Positions 1 to 9,782 of a stretch of DNA of 52,581 nucleotides are shown here, in pieces. Position 1 is the first letter of the stretch, and every line of letters begins with the position of its first letter. This DNA comes from a virus. Lineage: Duplodnaviria; Caudoviricetes. The notes beneath the pieces were generated by a model. The model saw only the letters and a program-made list of their open reading frames with translations. It did no database searches and had not been told where the DNA came from. A program made the position numbers and the translations under genes. The stretch covers positions 1 through 52,581 of the IMG/VR virus record IMGVR_UViG_3300025704_002224; one strand, given 5' to 3'.

Positions 1-207
1 GAGAACATAGGACCAGCACCGACCAGTGCCTGTAGCAGGCCAGCAAAGGATCTACCTGCGTCATGGATATCGTCATGCAAGTCACAGGGCAAGCGAAAAC
101 GTACCGGTAATAGAAGTGAGAAGATCGGCGGCAAGACAATGAAAGTCAGTGGCAAGCGGATCAAAGGCCGTAAGTACGGTGGGCCAACACCAGACTATTC
201 AAAATAA
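1..207 (+). CDS. 3' end of a basic phage hypothetical protein (partial, starts before window)
   Basis: Frame 1 open to TAA at 205-207: ...SCKSQGKRKRTG...KRIKGRKYGGPTPDYSK; resembles a C-terminal motif I recall from large uncultured phages. Confidence 0.6.
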   Translation, partial: ENIGPAPTSACSRPAKDLPASWISSCKSQGKRKRTGNRSEKIGGKTMKVSGKRIKGRKYGGPTPDYSK

Positions 208-283
208 TCTCTGAAATCAAAGACCTAATAGCGAGCCAATAGCGAGCCATTGTAGAATAGTTGGTATATTAAATACTTACATA

Positions 284-1471
284 ATGGAAAAATCACAAAT
301 CAAATTCACATTCATAGACAACAAGGATTTCCACACCAAACTGGAAAACGTGTCACAGGCTGTGTTGCATCACCTGACAATGACCTGCAACATGGAGATA
401 ATCCCCAAGACGGATGCCACTATCTCCGTTTTTAGGACACTGCCCAAGCAGGAAGGTGGCAAATGCTATTACCCTTTCTTTTTGAGAGAACCATTCAGTT
501 TAGAAAACATAGACTTCTGTGAATTCATTGAACCGCAACATCTCAAAATGATGCAGGAAAAAAAAGTCGTCCCATTGGTTGTGATGACCTCAGAGCTCTG
601 GGTACTATTCAACCTTGAACCTAACAGGATATTTCGCAACAGTCCATATTTCCACGTGATAAAAAAATTGGAGAAGCACGGGATCAAGGAGCAGGATGTG
701 GTATGGCTGACCTGCGACAGGTATATACCAAAGGATCCGAGGATCAAGGCCCGATTTCTGCATTTCGATTATTTCCTAGAGCAACAAAAAGTCTTACAAA
801 ATGAATTCAACACACTCGAAAAGATAGAGCACAGGTTCATCAGCATGGCACAAGGAATACACAGACACCACAGGTACGCGATGTCCTACAACCTTTACAA
901 AGAGAACTTATTACAACATGGGCTCAGCTCTTGTCCAGAATATGAAAATTTCAGTTACGTAAATGCAAAAAGATTTGAACTTACCAACGATTACATGAGT
1001 AAATTGTCAACGTTTGACAGCCAAGTGTTTGAAAGATGGAAGAACACATTACCAACCAAGATAGACGGAAAGGAGAACATGCATCAGAGAAGATGGGATG
1101 AAGGACATTTATTCGAAAAAGTGTTTCTCATGATTTCTAATGAGACACATCATCCAGATGACACTGTCTTTATTACTGAGAAAACTTACCGGTGCATTAA
1201 TTACTGCCGACCTTTCTTGATAAACGGTGACAGGGGATCACTTGGCTACCTTAAGGAAATGGGTTTCCAGACCTTTGGAAGTTTTTGGGACGAGTCCTAC
1301 GATGATGAAAAAACCGATCAAGCAAGGATCTCAAAAATCACAGCGATCCTGAAAAAAATTTCTGGAACGAGCAACGCTGAATTACTGGCCCAATATAAGG
1401 AAATGAAGCCAGTGCTTGAGCATAATTACAATTTGTTGAAGAACTACAAACAATGGAATCAATTGAATTAA
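284..1471 (+). CDS. Phage glycosyltransferase-like protein (ETxxFxTEK family)
   Basis: NETHH..VFITEKTYR..RPFLI.G..G.L.YLK.MGFQTF..FWDESYD motif; paralog of 11962..13083; adjacent to nucleotide-sugar dehydrogenase. Confidence 0.55.
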   Translation: MEKSQIKFTFIDNKDFHTKLENVSQAVLHHLTMTCNMEIIPKTDATISVFRTLPKQEGGKCYYPFFLREPFSLENIDFCEFIEPQHLKMMQEKKVVPLVVMTSELWVLFNLEPNRIFRNSPYFHVIKKLEKHGIKEQDVVWLTCDRYIPKDPRIKARFLHFDYFLEQQKVLQNEFNTLEKIEHRFISMAQGIHRHHRYAMSYNLYKENLLQHGLSSCPEYENFSYVNAKRFELTNDYMSKLSTFDSQVFERWKNTLPTKIDGKENMHQRRWDEGHLFEKVFLMISNETHHPDDTVFITEKTYRCINYCRPFLINGDRGSLGYLKEMGFQTFGSFWDESYDDEKTDQARISKITAILKKISGTSNAELLAQYKEMKPVLEHNYNLLKNYKQWNQLN

Positions 1472-1472
1472 T

Positions 1473-2627
1473 ATGAACATCATCTACGGAATCAAGATCG
1501 GATTTATAGGACTGGGCAAACTTGGAATGCCATGTGCAGAAGCAATACGTAAAAAAGGATTCGATGTTGCAGGATATGACATCGCACACAAATCAAGTGA
1601 TCTTGTTGAGATCAGAGACTCCATAGAAGATGTGTGTCGAGACAGGGACATTGTGTTTGTGGCAACACCGACCCCACACGAGGAAGGCTACGACGGGAGG
1701 GAGCCCACCAGTCACTTACCTGTAAAGGATTTCAACTATGACGCTGTCAAGAAAGTGTTGACCAAGTGCAACAAGCATATGGGAGTGACACAGAGCCTCG
1801 TGCTGATATCAACTGTGTTGCCTGGAACAATCCGGAGAGAGTTGGCACCTTTGGTGACCAATGTGAAACTACTATACAATCCTTATTTGATAGCAATGGG
1901 TACAGTGGCGGAGGATATGATCAATCCTGAGATGATCATGATAGGCACTAAGAAGGGCGTGTACAAAACTGCCTATAAGGCACAGCAACTCGAGGCATTT
2001 TACAATCAGTTCTGTGACAACTTCCCTCGTGTAGAGTTTGGCACATGGGAAGAAATTGAAGCAATGAAGATATTCTATAACACGTTCATCAGCAACAAGA
2101 TCGCACTGGTCAATATGATACAGGATGTTGCACAAAAACTTGGCAACATGGATGTGGACAAGGTCACGCAGGCACTTGCCAAAAGCACAAAGAGGATAGT
2201 GAGTCCGGCCTACATGAAAGCAGGCATGGGAGATGGTGGTGCGTGTCATCCAAGGGATAATATTGCACTGCGATGGCTTGCAAAAGATTTGGATCTAGGG
2301 TATGACATGTTCGAAAGTATAATGACAGCACGTGAACAGCAGGCAGAGTCGATGGCAAAAGCCATACTAGAACACGGAAACAGTGTGTGGTTCTCATCAG
2401 ATTCATACAAACCAGGAACTCAATTGGTGGACGGATCATATTCATTGTTGTTGCAACACTATGTTAGGAAGCACGGTGGAACGTTGGCCAATGGCATAGA
2501 CACACCCGTTGAAGTGATTGTCAGGGTGCATGAGTCAGACCATTTCACATGTGATGAAAACACAATAATATTTGATCCATGGAGATCATATCCAAAGGCG
2601 GAGAATGTCATTTATTATGGAAAATGA
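1473..2627 (+). CDS. ugd: UDP-glucose/GDP-mannose dehydrogenase family protein
   Basis: GxGxxG Rossmann motif (IGLGKLG), STVLPGT, YNP, catalytic GGACHPRD. Confidence 0.9.
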   Translation: MNIIYGIKIGFIGLGKLGMPCAEAIRKKGFDVAGYDIAHKSSDLVEIRDSIEDVCRDRDIVFVATPTPHEEGYDGREPTSHLPVKDFNYDAVKKVLTKCNKHMGVTQSLVLISTVLPGTIRRELAPLVTNVKLLYNPYLIAMGTVAEDMINPEMIMIGTKKGVYKTAYKAQQLEAFYNQFCDNFPRVEFGTWEEIEAMKIFYNTFISNKIALVNMIQDVAQKLGNMDVDKVTQALAKSTKRIVSPAYMKAGMGDGGACHPRDNIALRWLAKDLDLGYDMFESIMTAREQQAESMAKAILEHGNSVWFSSDSYKPGTQLVDGSYSLLLQHYVRKHGGTLANGIDTPVEVIVRVHESDHFTCDENTIIFDPWRSYPKAENVIYYGK

Positions 2628-3372
2628 TGTGTGGGGTGTCAGTTGGAATCCAGGTAACATGGGACACATGCTTAGGTGTGCAATTGCCATACAGTTGTAC
2701 AACGTAGAAATTGATCTCAACGATAAAAGTGATTCTCACCTTGAAGACAAAAAACCTTCGGTACAAGAAATTAAATCGTTTCATCCACACGATGACAATA
2801 TTATTCCAGAAGGAATGAAAGTAGTTAGACCATACTTTGCTTCAAAACAACTTTCATATTTTCCAAAATATCTACATTACTGTAAATTTTTTGGCTTTTT
2901 TCCTGACGGCGATACCATGCACGAGTATTACAATATCACCGAAGGAGAAAACTTTTATAAGGGACTTCTTACTAACATATATTGGCATGTTCCTGACAAC
3001 AGTGAGTCGCAAAAATGTTTTGACATTAAAATGGATAATTTTTTTGATAACTTCGAACTCTTTGTTAAAAACTTTGAAGAATTTGTTGGTCAGAAAATAA
3101 AGCAAAAGACTTTTGATTTCCTGGAAAACAAACGCCTAAACAATCTGTCCCACCTTGATGATTTCAAAAACAAAGTAGTAGCCAGTGTTGATTGTATTGC
3201 AAGGCAGGAGGCCAAAGACATAGGGTCACTGCACGATTATGAAAAACTCCTAATAGTATCAACCTATGTGCAAGGTAACTGGGATCTAACCTCTCGATTT
3301 TTACGAAACTACAATAACGAAGAATTGAAGAATACCATGCAGATACACAATTTTATACATGCAGACGGTTAA
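2617..3372 (+). CDS. Hypothetical protein (AT-rich)
   Basis: ORF; start moved to ATG 2617, overlapping the ugd end. Confidence 0.7.
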   Translation: MENDVWGVSWNPGNMGHMLRCAIAIQLYNVEIDLNDKSDSHLEDKKPSVQEIKSFHPHDDNIIPEGMKVVRPYFASKQLSYFPKYLHYCKFFGFFPDGDTMHEYYNITEGENFYKGLLTNIYWHVPDNSESQKCFDIKMDNFFDNFELFVKNFEEFVGQKIKQKTFDFLENKRLNNLSHLDDFKNKVVASVDCIARQEAKDIGSLHDYEKLLIVSTYVQGNWDLTSRFLRNYNNEELKNTMQIHNFIHADG

Positions 3373-3829
3373 AATATTTTATCTTGTGGATCTGAACACC
3401 TTCAAAGGCACTTATAACAAAGAAAGCACGGGTGGCAGATACTGTTTTGTGAATTCTAAAAATGAAAAGATTGTCACTAAGTCTCTAGACCAGTTCTTGC
3501 GTGAAGATCAATCGTCATTCCTTGGTTTTCTTAAGGGTAGTGACTGTGATCTGAGACAGGCTTTTGATTTTAAAACTTTTTTACACTTAGATGATGCTGT
3601 CGAGCAATTTGCGATAAAGTGGCATGAACACGTCAAACCATTCATCTCCAAAACAACATACGAACTAGTGGACAACAACAAAGGTTTAAAGATCAGACTG
3701 GATTTTGTTAATAACGAGGATTTAGAGCAATTCAATAGAATATGTGAAAACGAGTCAATCGGTCATGGTTTTGAACGTTGTAAATTAGGTGCTTTTTATG
3801 ATATGGAACAACACTATTATGGTAAGTAA
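3359..3829 (+). CDS. Hypothetical protein
   Basis: 156-aa ORF overlapping the previous stop. Confidence 0.65.
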   Translation: MQTVKIFYLVDLNTFKGTYNKESTGGRYCFVNSKNEKIVTKSLDQFLREDQSSFLGFLKGSDCDLRQAFDFKTFLHLDDAVEQFAIKWHEHVKPFISKTTYELVDNNKGLKIRLDFVNNEDLEQFNRICENESIGHGFERCKLGAFYDMEQHYYGK

Positions 3830-3850
3830 GTACAAACGAGGATATAAAAA

Positions 3851-4198
3851 ATGGCTGAAAGAGAACTAAAATACACTTTCTATTCTAAGGATAGAGAAAC
3901 AGATAATGTAGTCACATACTCCAGTGTTGACAATGCCAAGGCCTGCATAGGGTTTAGCAGTGATTGGGATTTCACAAAAGGTAGCCCATCTTGGAGCCTT
4001 GCCGAAAGCAACACTAGATTGGTTTTGACTTGGGTTTTCACAGATTCTCAAGCAGATGATCAATTGGCTGTCCATAACGCCGTCAAAGGAGACACATGGA
4101 AGTTGACATACGCTAGTGATTCACATCTTTTTGAGTCTTACAGAGAAGATGACAAATCCCATTACAAAGCCTGGGGCGATATAAGATCTAAGGACTAA
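3851..4198 (+). CDS. Hypothetical protein
   Basis: 115-aa ORF with GAGGA SD. Confidence 0.75.
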   Translation: MAERELKYTFYSKDRETDNVVTYSSVDNAKACIGFSSDWDFTKGSPSWSLAESNTRLVLTWVFTDSQADDQLAVHNAVKGDTWKLTYASDSHLFESYREDDKSHYKAWGDIRSKD

Positions 4199-4202
4199 CC
4201 AC

Positions 4203-4235
4203 AAAAAAAGGGCGATACAGTTAAGCACCGCCCCT
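4203..4235 (-). terminator. Rho-independent terminator between convergent genes
   Basis: Minus strand GGGCGGTGC-loop-GTATCGCCC followed by T7. Confidence 0.85.
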
Positions 4236-4249
4236 TAGAATTAGTTTAA

Positions 4250-4621
4250 TTACGCAGAGTAATTAATTACTTTTCTTCCTGATTTCTTTAATAAAGAAAT
4301 GATGTTTGACTTCATAGTCAAAGCAGAGTTCTTAGGTGCAACACCTAAAACTTCTACAGTAAAGTCCAAACCTTTTGATAACAACTTGTTAGTCGCTGTT
4401 TTTCTTGCAGTGTTTTTTACTGCTAGGTTTTTGAACTTGATTTTACCACCGTGTACTTCACCATTCACTTTGTAAGTTGAAGCCGGTTCCGCAAATACAC
4501 CAATTTGCTTCGCTCTTGATTTGAAGTTTCTTGTGTATACAACGTATTGTGTTGAGTTTGCCATGGTTTTTGTTTCCTTCTTAGTAGATGGAAAAAGTGT
4601 ATTAAACATACCTTTTAGCAT
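4250..4621 (-). CDS. Small basic protein, likely early and highly expressed; second in-frame start at 4564
   Basis: Own consensus promoter, AAGGA SD, terminator; Lys-rich. Confidence 0.8.
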   Translation of the reverse strand: MLKGMFNTLFPSTKKETKTMANSTQYVVYTRNFKSRAKQIGVFAEPASTYKVNGEVHGGKIKFKNLAVKNTARKTATNKLLSKGLDFTVEVLGVAPKNSALTMKSNIISLLKKSGRKVINYSA

Positions 4622-4704
4622 ATTGTTTCCTTTTCCTTTATTGTTATTATATGGTTACGTAACTCTGGAGTTTCAATCTCTGTTATCCTACGTTCCATAA
4701 TACA

Positions 4705-4733
4705 ATTATATACTAGAAAGTGTATTGTGTCAA
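4705..4733 (-). promoter_or_regulatory. sigma70-type promoter
   Basis: TTGACA-N17-TATAAT, perfect consensus on minus strand. Confidence 0.85.
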
Positions 4734-4762
4734 CCTTGGCATAAAGATCAACTTTTATGCGA

Positions 4763-5179
4763 CTATTTTTCCTTGTAGTCCGGTACCGCGAACAGGTCTA
4801 TGCCCTCATCCAACAACTTGTTGGTCTCTTCCTTAGTTGGCTTACCATAGAACTTCTGGTCACGTTTGCCCTTGTGTGCCTTCCTGGCCTCACGGGCGAA
4901 GTTCTTGCCAACGTCCTGGTAATCTTTCTTGATTTTCTTATTCAACTTCTGTAGTATCTGTTCCGCAGTCTCGCCCATGACGAAGTAGTCATCCGGAATA
5001 GTTTTCTTCTTCTTGGGCAGTTTCACCGAAATGGTGGCTAGTGCTTTGTCTACTGCCGTGCTGTCGCACATGGGACAGTTGATAAGTCCCTTGTTCTTCT
5101 GTCTCTTGTATTCATTGAGGTCTGGGAACCAACCCTCGAACTCGTGTTCGCATCTGCATCTCATTTGATATTTTATCAT
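4763..5179 (-). CDS. DUF1178-family protein
   Basis: MIKY...C...HEFEGWF...GLINCPMCDS..V.KAL and VGKNFAREARK.H...YG....E...L.DEGI motifs; start at ATG 5179, 5 nt after TAAATA. Confidence 0.85.
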   Translation of the reverse strand: MIKYQMRCRCEHEFEGWFPDLNEYKRQKNKGLINCPMCDSTAVDKALATISVKLPKKKKTIPDDYFVMGETAEQILQKLNKKIKKDYQDVGKNFAREARKAHKGKRDQKFYGKPTKEETNKLLDEGIDLFAVPDYKEK

Positions 5180-5235
5180 AATATTATTTACATTATATAC
5201 TTGACTTGAAGAAGTGTCTACTATAATATATGAGT

Positions 5236-5376
5236 ATGGCAATAAATGTTTCAGGATACACAAAAGGCAAACCCAAGAAGACTTCCCAAGGCAAGAACAA
5301 GAGTAGAATCAAGATGAGCTCTATGAACAAAGCCAAGAAGAGAAGTTACAAGGCGTATGCAGGACAAGGCAAGTAA
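5236..5376 (+). CDS. Small basic phage peptide (KKTSQG...SSMNK.KKRSYK.Y.GQGK)
   Basis: 46-aa ORF not in the ORF track; motif recalled from marine phages. Confidence 0.65.
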   Translation: MAINVSGYTKGKPKKTSQGKNKSRIKMSSMNKAKKRSYKAYAGQGK

Positions 5377-5536
5377 GGACGAAGTCAGATTACTGATGGC
5401 TCAGATAGGCAACCTAGAAGTGCAGGTTGCGGACTACCAGCAGATCGTAAAAGAACTCTCCGACAAGCTCAGCGTCTACGAAAAGAAATACGGCACAGTG
5501 TTTGTGTCTTCTAGAAATACCTCAGACCAAAAATAA
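5357..5536 (+). CDS. Small coiled-coil hypothetical protein
   Basis: 59-aa ORF MQDKASKDEVRLLMAQIGNLEVQVADYQQIVKELSDKL..., heptad pattern. Confidence 0.55.
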   Translation: MQDKASKDEVRLLMAQIGNLEVQVADYQQIVKELSDKLSVYEKKYGTVFVSSRNTSDQK

Positions 5537-5948
5537 CAGCATCCTTCTTCCTACGGAACTTGATGTGTTCGTAGTCGACGATGTACACGTTCAACCTACC
5601 ACCGTGTTCATCCATTATCCTTTCCGTGTCTAATGGTCGGATTGTGATCCTGTCCTCGTCAGGCAACTTCGCTTCGTAACCCCAGAACATGGGCCACCAG
5701 TGTAAGGGATTCAGTGAGTCGTAGTGTTCCTTCATTATCAGCAGGAATATGACGGGTGTTATAGTGAACGGCTCCACCCACCATGGGATGGCGTCTATGG
5801 TAAGATAATCTATGAGATGTATGAATCCTGTCCACGCACCCAGTATGGCCAGTAGTATGCCTATTATGGGCCAGAACTCGTCCTCAAAGTCTAAGTCGTT
5901 ATCGTGATGAGAATACATCCGGATCTTTTGTTGTTGACTCAGTTTCAT
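5511..5948 (-). CDS. Membrane hypothetical protein
   Basis: 145 aa with two hydrophobic segments. Confidence 0.7.
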   Translation of the reverse strand: MKLSQQQKIRMYSHHDNDLDFEDEFWPIIGILLAILGAWTGFIHLIDYLTIDAIPWWVEPFTITPVIFLLIMKEHYDSLNPLHWWPMFWGYEAKLPDEDRITIRPLDTERIMDEHGGRLNVYIVDYEHIKFRRKKDAVIFGLRYF

Positions 5949-6040
5949 ATAAAGTATATAGTATAGGATATAATTACAAACACATAACTTGTTGTAACGC
6001 TCTCATGGAAGTTCACAACATCAACCCCTAAAATCGATAT

Positions 6041-7477
6041 ATGGAACTTGCTATATTAATGGCGGGTATTGTTTACGGCTTAATCATTGGCCTAATACCA
6101 GCCGCGGGAGCAACAACAGGTCTTATCACACTATTTGGAGTCATGCCCTACTTTGTAGGAGACCCTTACCTGGGTGTGATATTCTGCGTGGCAGTTGTGG
6201 CATCCTCAACAACCGGTGATTCATTTGCAGGTGTGCTGTTAGGCATACCTGGAGCCAACTCTGCGGCGGCCACCATGGTGGATGGTTTTCCCATGGCCAA
6301 GAATGGAGAGGCCACTAGGGCATTGAGTGCCGCGATCACTTCGTCTACTTGCAATGGTCTATTCTGGGGATCACTTACATTTTTATTTTTGCCATGGTAC
6401 ACCAAAGTTGTGATGTACATGGGCATACCCGAACTGTGGGCATTGGTGCTATTGGCATTTGTAACTGTGGGATTCGTATCCACTAGGCGATATGTCAGGA
6501 GTGTGCTCGCAATCGTGTTAGGTGTGACCGTAGGTCTGATTGGAGTGGATGTCAACAACGTACCAAGATTTACAATGGGTTGGAGATACCTCGAAGATGG
6601 TGTACAGATATTACCTTACATGGCAGGACTTTTTGCGATACCAGAACTCTGGGACGGATGGTTCAACAGGAAGAAGACCACAACGATAAAAGCAGAACAC
6701 GGCAGTTGGCAAGATCTCAAACAAGGAGTAAAAGATACCATACGATGTTGGAAGGACAGTGCCAGGGGAGGAGCCATAGGTTCTTTCATAGGACTGCTAC
6801 CTGGACTGGGTGGTGCAATGGCAGACTGGTTGGCATACGGTGCCACAGTTGCCGCTAATCCAAAAGAAAAGTTTGGCGTTGGCAATGTAAAGGGAGTCGT
6901 AGGCGCCGAGGGGGCCAACAACGCACAGAAGGCCTCGTCATTCATTCCAACAGTCTTGTTTGGTATACCTGGTGCAAGTTTCGCCGCGATACTGATGGGA
7001 CTATTTTTGTACCTGGGCATTGACCTGGGATCACCTGATACATTCTACGACGACAAATTATTTGACAGCATGACCTATGCGTTCCTACTTGGAACAATTA
7101 TCACTGCTGTCTTGTGTTATGGACTGGCATATTTCGCGGGGTGGATGACACGTATTCCATACGTGTACTACTTTCCTTGCATACTTGCTGTGATTGTTTG
7201 GGCAACCTTGCAGTACACGGGAGGGTGGGAAGACCTAGCGGTACTATTAGTATTCTCAGTATTTGGAGTGCTATGTAAAAAATTCCAAGTCAGCAGGCCA
7301 GCACTGCTGATTGGGTTCATATTAAGTGACAGGATATACAACCTCACTTATCAACTAACATCCTTACATACGGTAAATGATTTAATCACAAGGCCTATCT
7401 TTATTTTCTTGATGGCATGTGTTATCCTGCTAATGTATTGGGGAATAACAAAGAGGAGTCGATTAGACTATGCTTAA
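6041..7477 (+). CDS. tctA: Tripartite tricarboxylate transporter large permease (TctA family)
   Basis: LLGIPG..SAAATMVDGFPMAKNGEA.RAL, GLLPGLGG, EGANNA....SFIPTVLFGIPG; many TM segments. Confidence 0.9.
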   Translation: MELAILMAGIVYGLIIGLIPAAGATTGLITLFGVMPYFVGDPYLGVIFCVAVVASSTTGDSFAGVLLGIPGANSAAATMVDGFPMAKNGEATRALSAAITSSTCNGLFWGSLTFLFLPWYTKVVMYMGIPELWALVLLAFVTVGFVSTRRYVRSVLAIVLGVTVGLIGVDVNNVPRFTMGWRYLEDGVQILPYMAGLFAIPELWDGWFNRKKTTTIKAEHGSWQDLKQGVKDTIRCWKDSARGGAIGSFIGLLPGLGGAMADWLAYGATVAANPKEKFGVGNVKGVVGAEGANNAQKASSFIPTVLFGIPGASFAAILMGLFLYLGIDLGSPDTFYDDKLFDSMTYAFLLGTIITAVLCYGLAYFAGWMTRIPYVYYFPCILAVIVWATLQYTGGWEDLAVLLVFSVFGVLCKKFQVSRPALLIGFILSDRIYNLTYQLTSLHTVNDLITRPIFIFLMACVILLMYWGITKRSRLDYA

Positions 7478-8516
7478 GAAAACAATAATGGCGTTGGTGT
7501 TGATGACAACAACGGCGCTGGCAGATTACAACTTGATCGTGCCACAAAAACCATCTGGTGGAACTTCTGTGTGGGCACAGATAGTTGTAGCGGAATGGGA
7601 GAAACACCTGGGTGAGAAGATCAATCTTATCTACAAGCCAGGTGCAAGAGACCAACTGGGACCAAACGAGTTCCAAAATCAATTAAGGTTTGATGACAAG
7701 ACTATATTAGTATCACATGGTGGTAACGGTATATCATATCTCGTGGAACCTGTAGAATACAATTACTTTGATTGGGAATCAGTTGGACATATGAACCTAA
7801 ACATCATTGTGGGTGCTAGGAACAAGGCAGACACAAAGAACGGACCTATACAGTTTCCGTCAGGATCTGGAATGACTCCAGAGATCATGGCAATCGTCAT
7901 GTTGCTTACAGGACCCAACGGTGATCCAGTAAAAACATTTGAGAACAAGATTGTATGGGTAAAAGGAATGAAAGGTTCTGAGAGAAGACTTGCATTCATC
8001 AGAGGTGATTTGAACGCGACAAGGGAAAATCCTGCCGCATACAAGAAACACGTGATGCCAGTGATAGGAAAAGGTGATGCATACACTTGGTTCCATCATG
8101 GACTACTAAATGTGAAAACGGGCGAGCACGACAAGGATCCAAACTTCACAGAACCAACATTTGAGGCACTGTACGAATCAACATACGGAGTGGCACCGAG
8201 TGGTGACTTCTATGATGCGTACAAACTTGTCAAGAGTTGGAGAGATGCTTTACAGAAAGCATTCTGGGTGAACAAGGGCAATCCAAACAAGGCCAAACTT
8301 GTTGCCGCATTGGACAAGATGATCAATGATCCAGAGTCAGTGGCCGCTATCGAAAAGAAAGTGGGCAAGTACGAATGGAGAACAGGTGCAGAGGGTGACG
8401 CCGCAGTAAGAACACTGAAGTCATTCATCACACCGGGTGCGTTGAAAACACTATCTGATTTTGGAAAGAATCAATTGGGTTACAATGCTATCTACAAGGA
8501 AGAGTTGACCAAATAG
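7470..8516 (+). CDS. tctC: TctC/Bug-like periplasmic substrate-binding protein
   Basis: Signal peptide, LIVPQKPSGGT, YKPGA, AFIRGDLN; adjacent to tctA. Confidence 0.75.
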   Translation: MLKKTIMALVLMTTTALADYNLIVPQKPSGGTSVWAQIVVAEWEKHLGEKINLIYKPGARDQLGPNEFQNQLRFDDKTILVSHGGNGISYLVEPVEYNYFDWESVGHMNLNIIVGARNKADTKNGPIQFPSGSGMTPEIMAIVMLLTGPNGDPVKTFENKIVWVKGMKGSERRLAFIRGDLNATRENPAAYKKHVMPVIGKGDAYTWFHHGLLNVKTGEHDKDPNFTEPTFEALYESTYGVAPSGDFYDAYKLVKSWRDALQKAFWVNKGNPNKAKLVAALDKMINDPESVAAIEKKVGKYEWRTGAEGDAAVRTLKSFITPGALKTLSDFGKNQLGYNAIYKEELTK

Positions 8517-9107
8517 ATGTATATTTTGTTTACAGGGGCACCGGGATCAAAGTGGAGTAGTGTTGTCAAGAATATCTACTGGAGTGATGATATAGATCAC
8601 ACAGACTATACAGAAGAGAGAACCTACTACCACGATGCCGATACCCCTGGACGCAAACATCTCATGCACACGGGTGCCTATTTTGATCCGGGCATGGAGT
8701 TCAGCACAACAAGAGATAATTGGGATCTGCCCTTCTCCGGCAAAGGCAAAAGGATTATAAAGTCTCACACGTTCGCACATGAACTTGTACATCTGAAAGA
8801 CTTTCACCATCCCATTGTTATGGTGTACAGGAATGATTTTGAATGTTTGGAGTGGTGGAAACTGTGTGGCGAGTTCAACATAACATATCCAAACTACCAG
8901 CATTTTGTTAATCTCGATTTGATGTGGGAACACATTCAAGCAGAAAATAAAGATATAATGCAGTTCATCAAAGATAACAAAGATAAAATTCACAAACCCA
9001 GAGACAATGTAGACCTTTGCAGGTTGCTAGAAATAAGTTTCCCAAATACGAAGGGAAGGATACATAATTACGCAGACAAAGGAATACAAGTTTATGTCTA
9101 CAAGTAA
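8517..9107 (+). CDS. P-loop/sulfotransferase-like hypothetical protein
   Basis: N-terminal ILFTGAPGSKWS, IIKSH and IVMVYRN motifs resemble the sulfotransferase fold. Confidence 0.45.
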   Translation: MYILFTGAPGSKWSSVVKNIYWSDDIDHTDYTEERTYYHDADTPGRKHLMHTGAYFDPGMEFSTTRDNWDLPFSGKGKRIIKSHTFAHELVHLKDFHHPIVMVYRNDFECLEWWKLCGEFNITYPNYQHFVNLDLMWEHIQAENKDIMQFIKDNKDKIHKPRDNVDLCRLLEISFPNTKGRIHNYADKGIQVYVYK

Positions 9108-9750
9108 TTGGGAAGACGCAAAAGCAAGAAGCAACTATCACTTTAATAAGTGGCACAAGGACACGGACTGTGTGCAACACCTGGGCAAGTTCACGGGCGG
9201 GTGGCAGACGGAATTACAATCTGTGATAGAGGATGCCAAGCCACTTAACTGGGGTAACCGTAGGGAAGGCACGGGCAGAGAAAATGTCAATGTTGATGTC
9301 GAGGCAGAAGAGAATGACCTAAAGACAGCAGGTGCTGATCCCAAGATGACAATTTACAGAGGACTCAAGGACTTCACAAAGTGCCCAACACTACAAAAGA
9401 TAACAGACTTCTTTGAATTGTCATCTACCAAATCAAAACTACACGTGCAGTTCACAGGTGAGGTTCTAAACATGCACGTAGACAAATTGTATGACCTCGA
9501 CGCAAATCCCAACAACGTGATAAGGATCATGATCATGCTACAGGATTGGGAGCCCGGCCAATTCATAATGTATGGTAACCAACAGTTTGACCGATGGCGA
9601 GCAGGAGACATTCACAAATTTGACTGGCCCAATATTCCACACGCAACAGCAAACGCAAGTAACAAACCAAGACCCATGTTGGTAATCACAGGTGTAATGA
9701 CAGAGAAGACCAGAGAGATACTAGCAAAGCCGATCAATAAAAAGGTTTGA
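9094..9750 (+). CDS. 2OG-Fe(II)/cupin-type oxygenase-like protein
   Basis: HxD (MHVD) ... distal H (PHATANA...R..LVITG). Confidence 0.65.
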   Translation: MSTSNWEDAKARSNYHFNKWHKDTDCVQHLGKFTGGWQTELQSVIEDAKPLNWGNRREGTGRENVNVDVEAEENDLKTAGADPKMTIYRGLKDFTKCPTLQKITDFFELSSTKSKLHVQFTGEVLNMHVDKLYDLDANPNNVIRIMIMLQDWEPGQFIMYGNQQFDRWRAGDIHKFDWPNIPHATANASNKPRPMLVITGVMTEKTREILAKPINKKV

Positions 9751-9774
9751 CAGCATAAGCATTTAATATATACT
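9747..9774 (+). promoter_or_regulatory. sigma70-type promoter
   Basis: TTGACA-N16-TATACT; ATG at 9783. Confidence 0.6.
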
Positions 9775-9782
9775 GTCATTAC

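Noticed and set aside
227-248. AATAGCGAGCC x2 tandem repeat
   Set aside because: Only two copies with no spacer; likely slippage
4651-4698. Glycine riboswitch in the leader of the 4621 gene
   Set aside because: Only GAAACUC resembles the consensus; the GGAGA and CCGAAG core elements are missing
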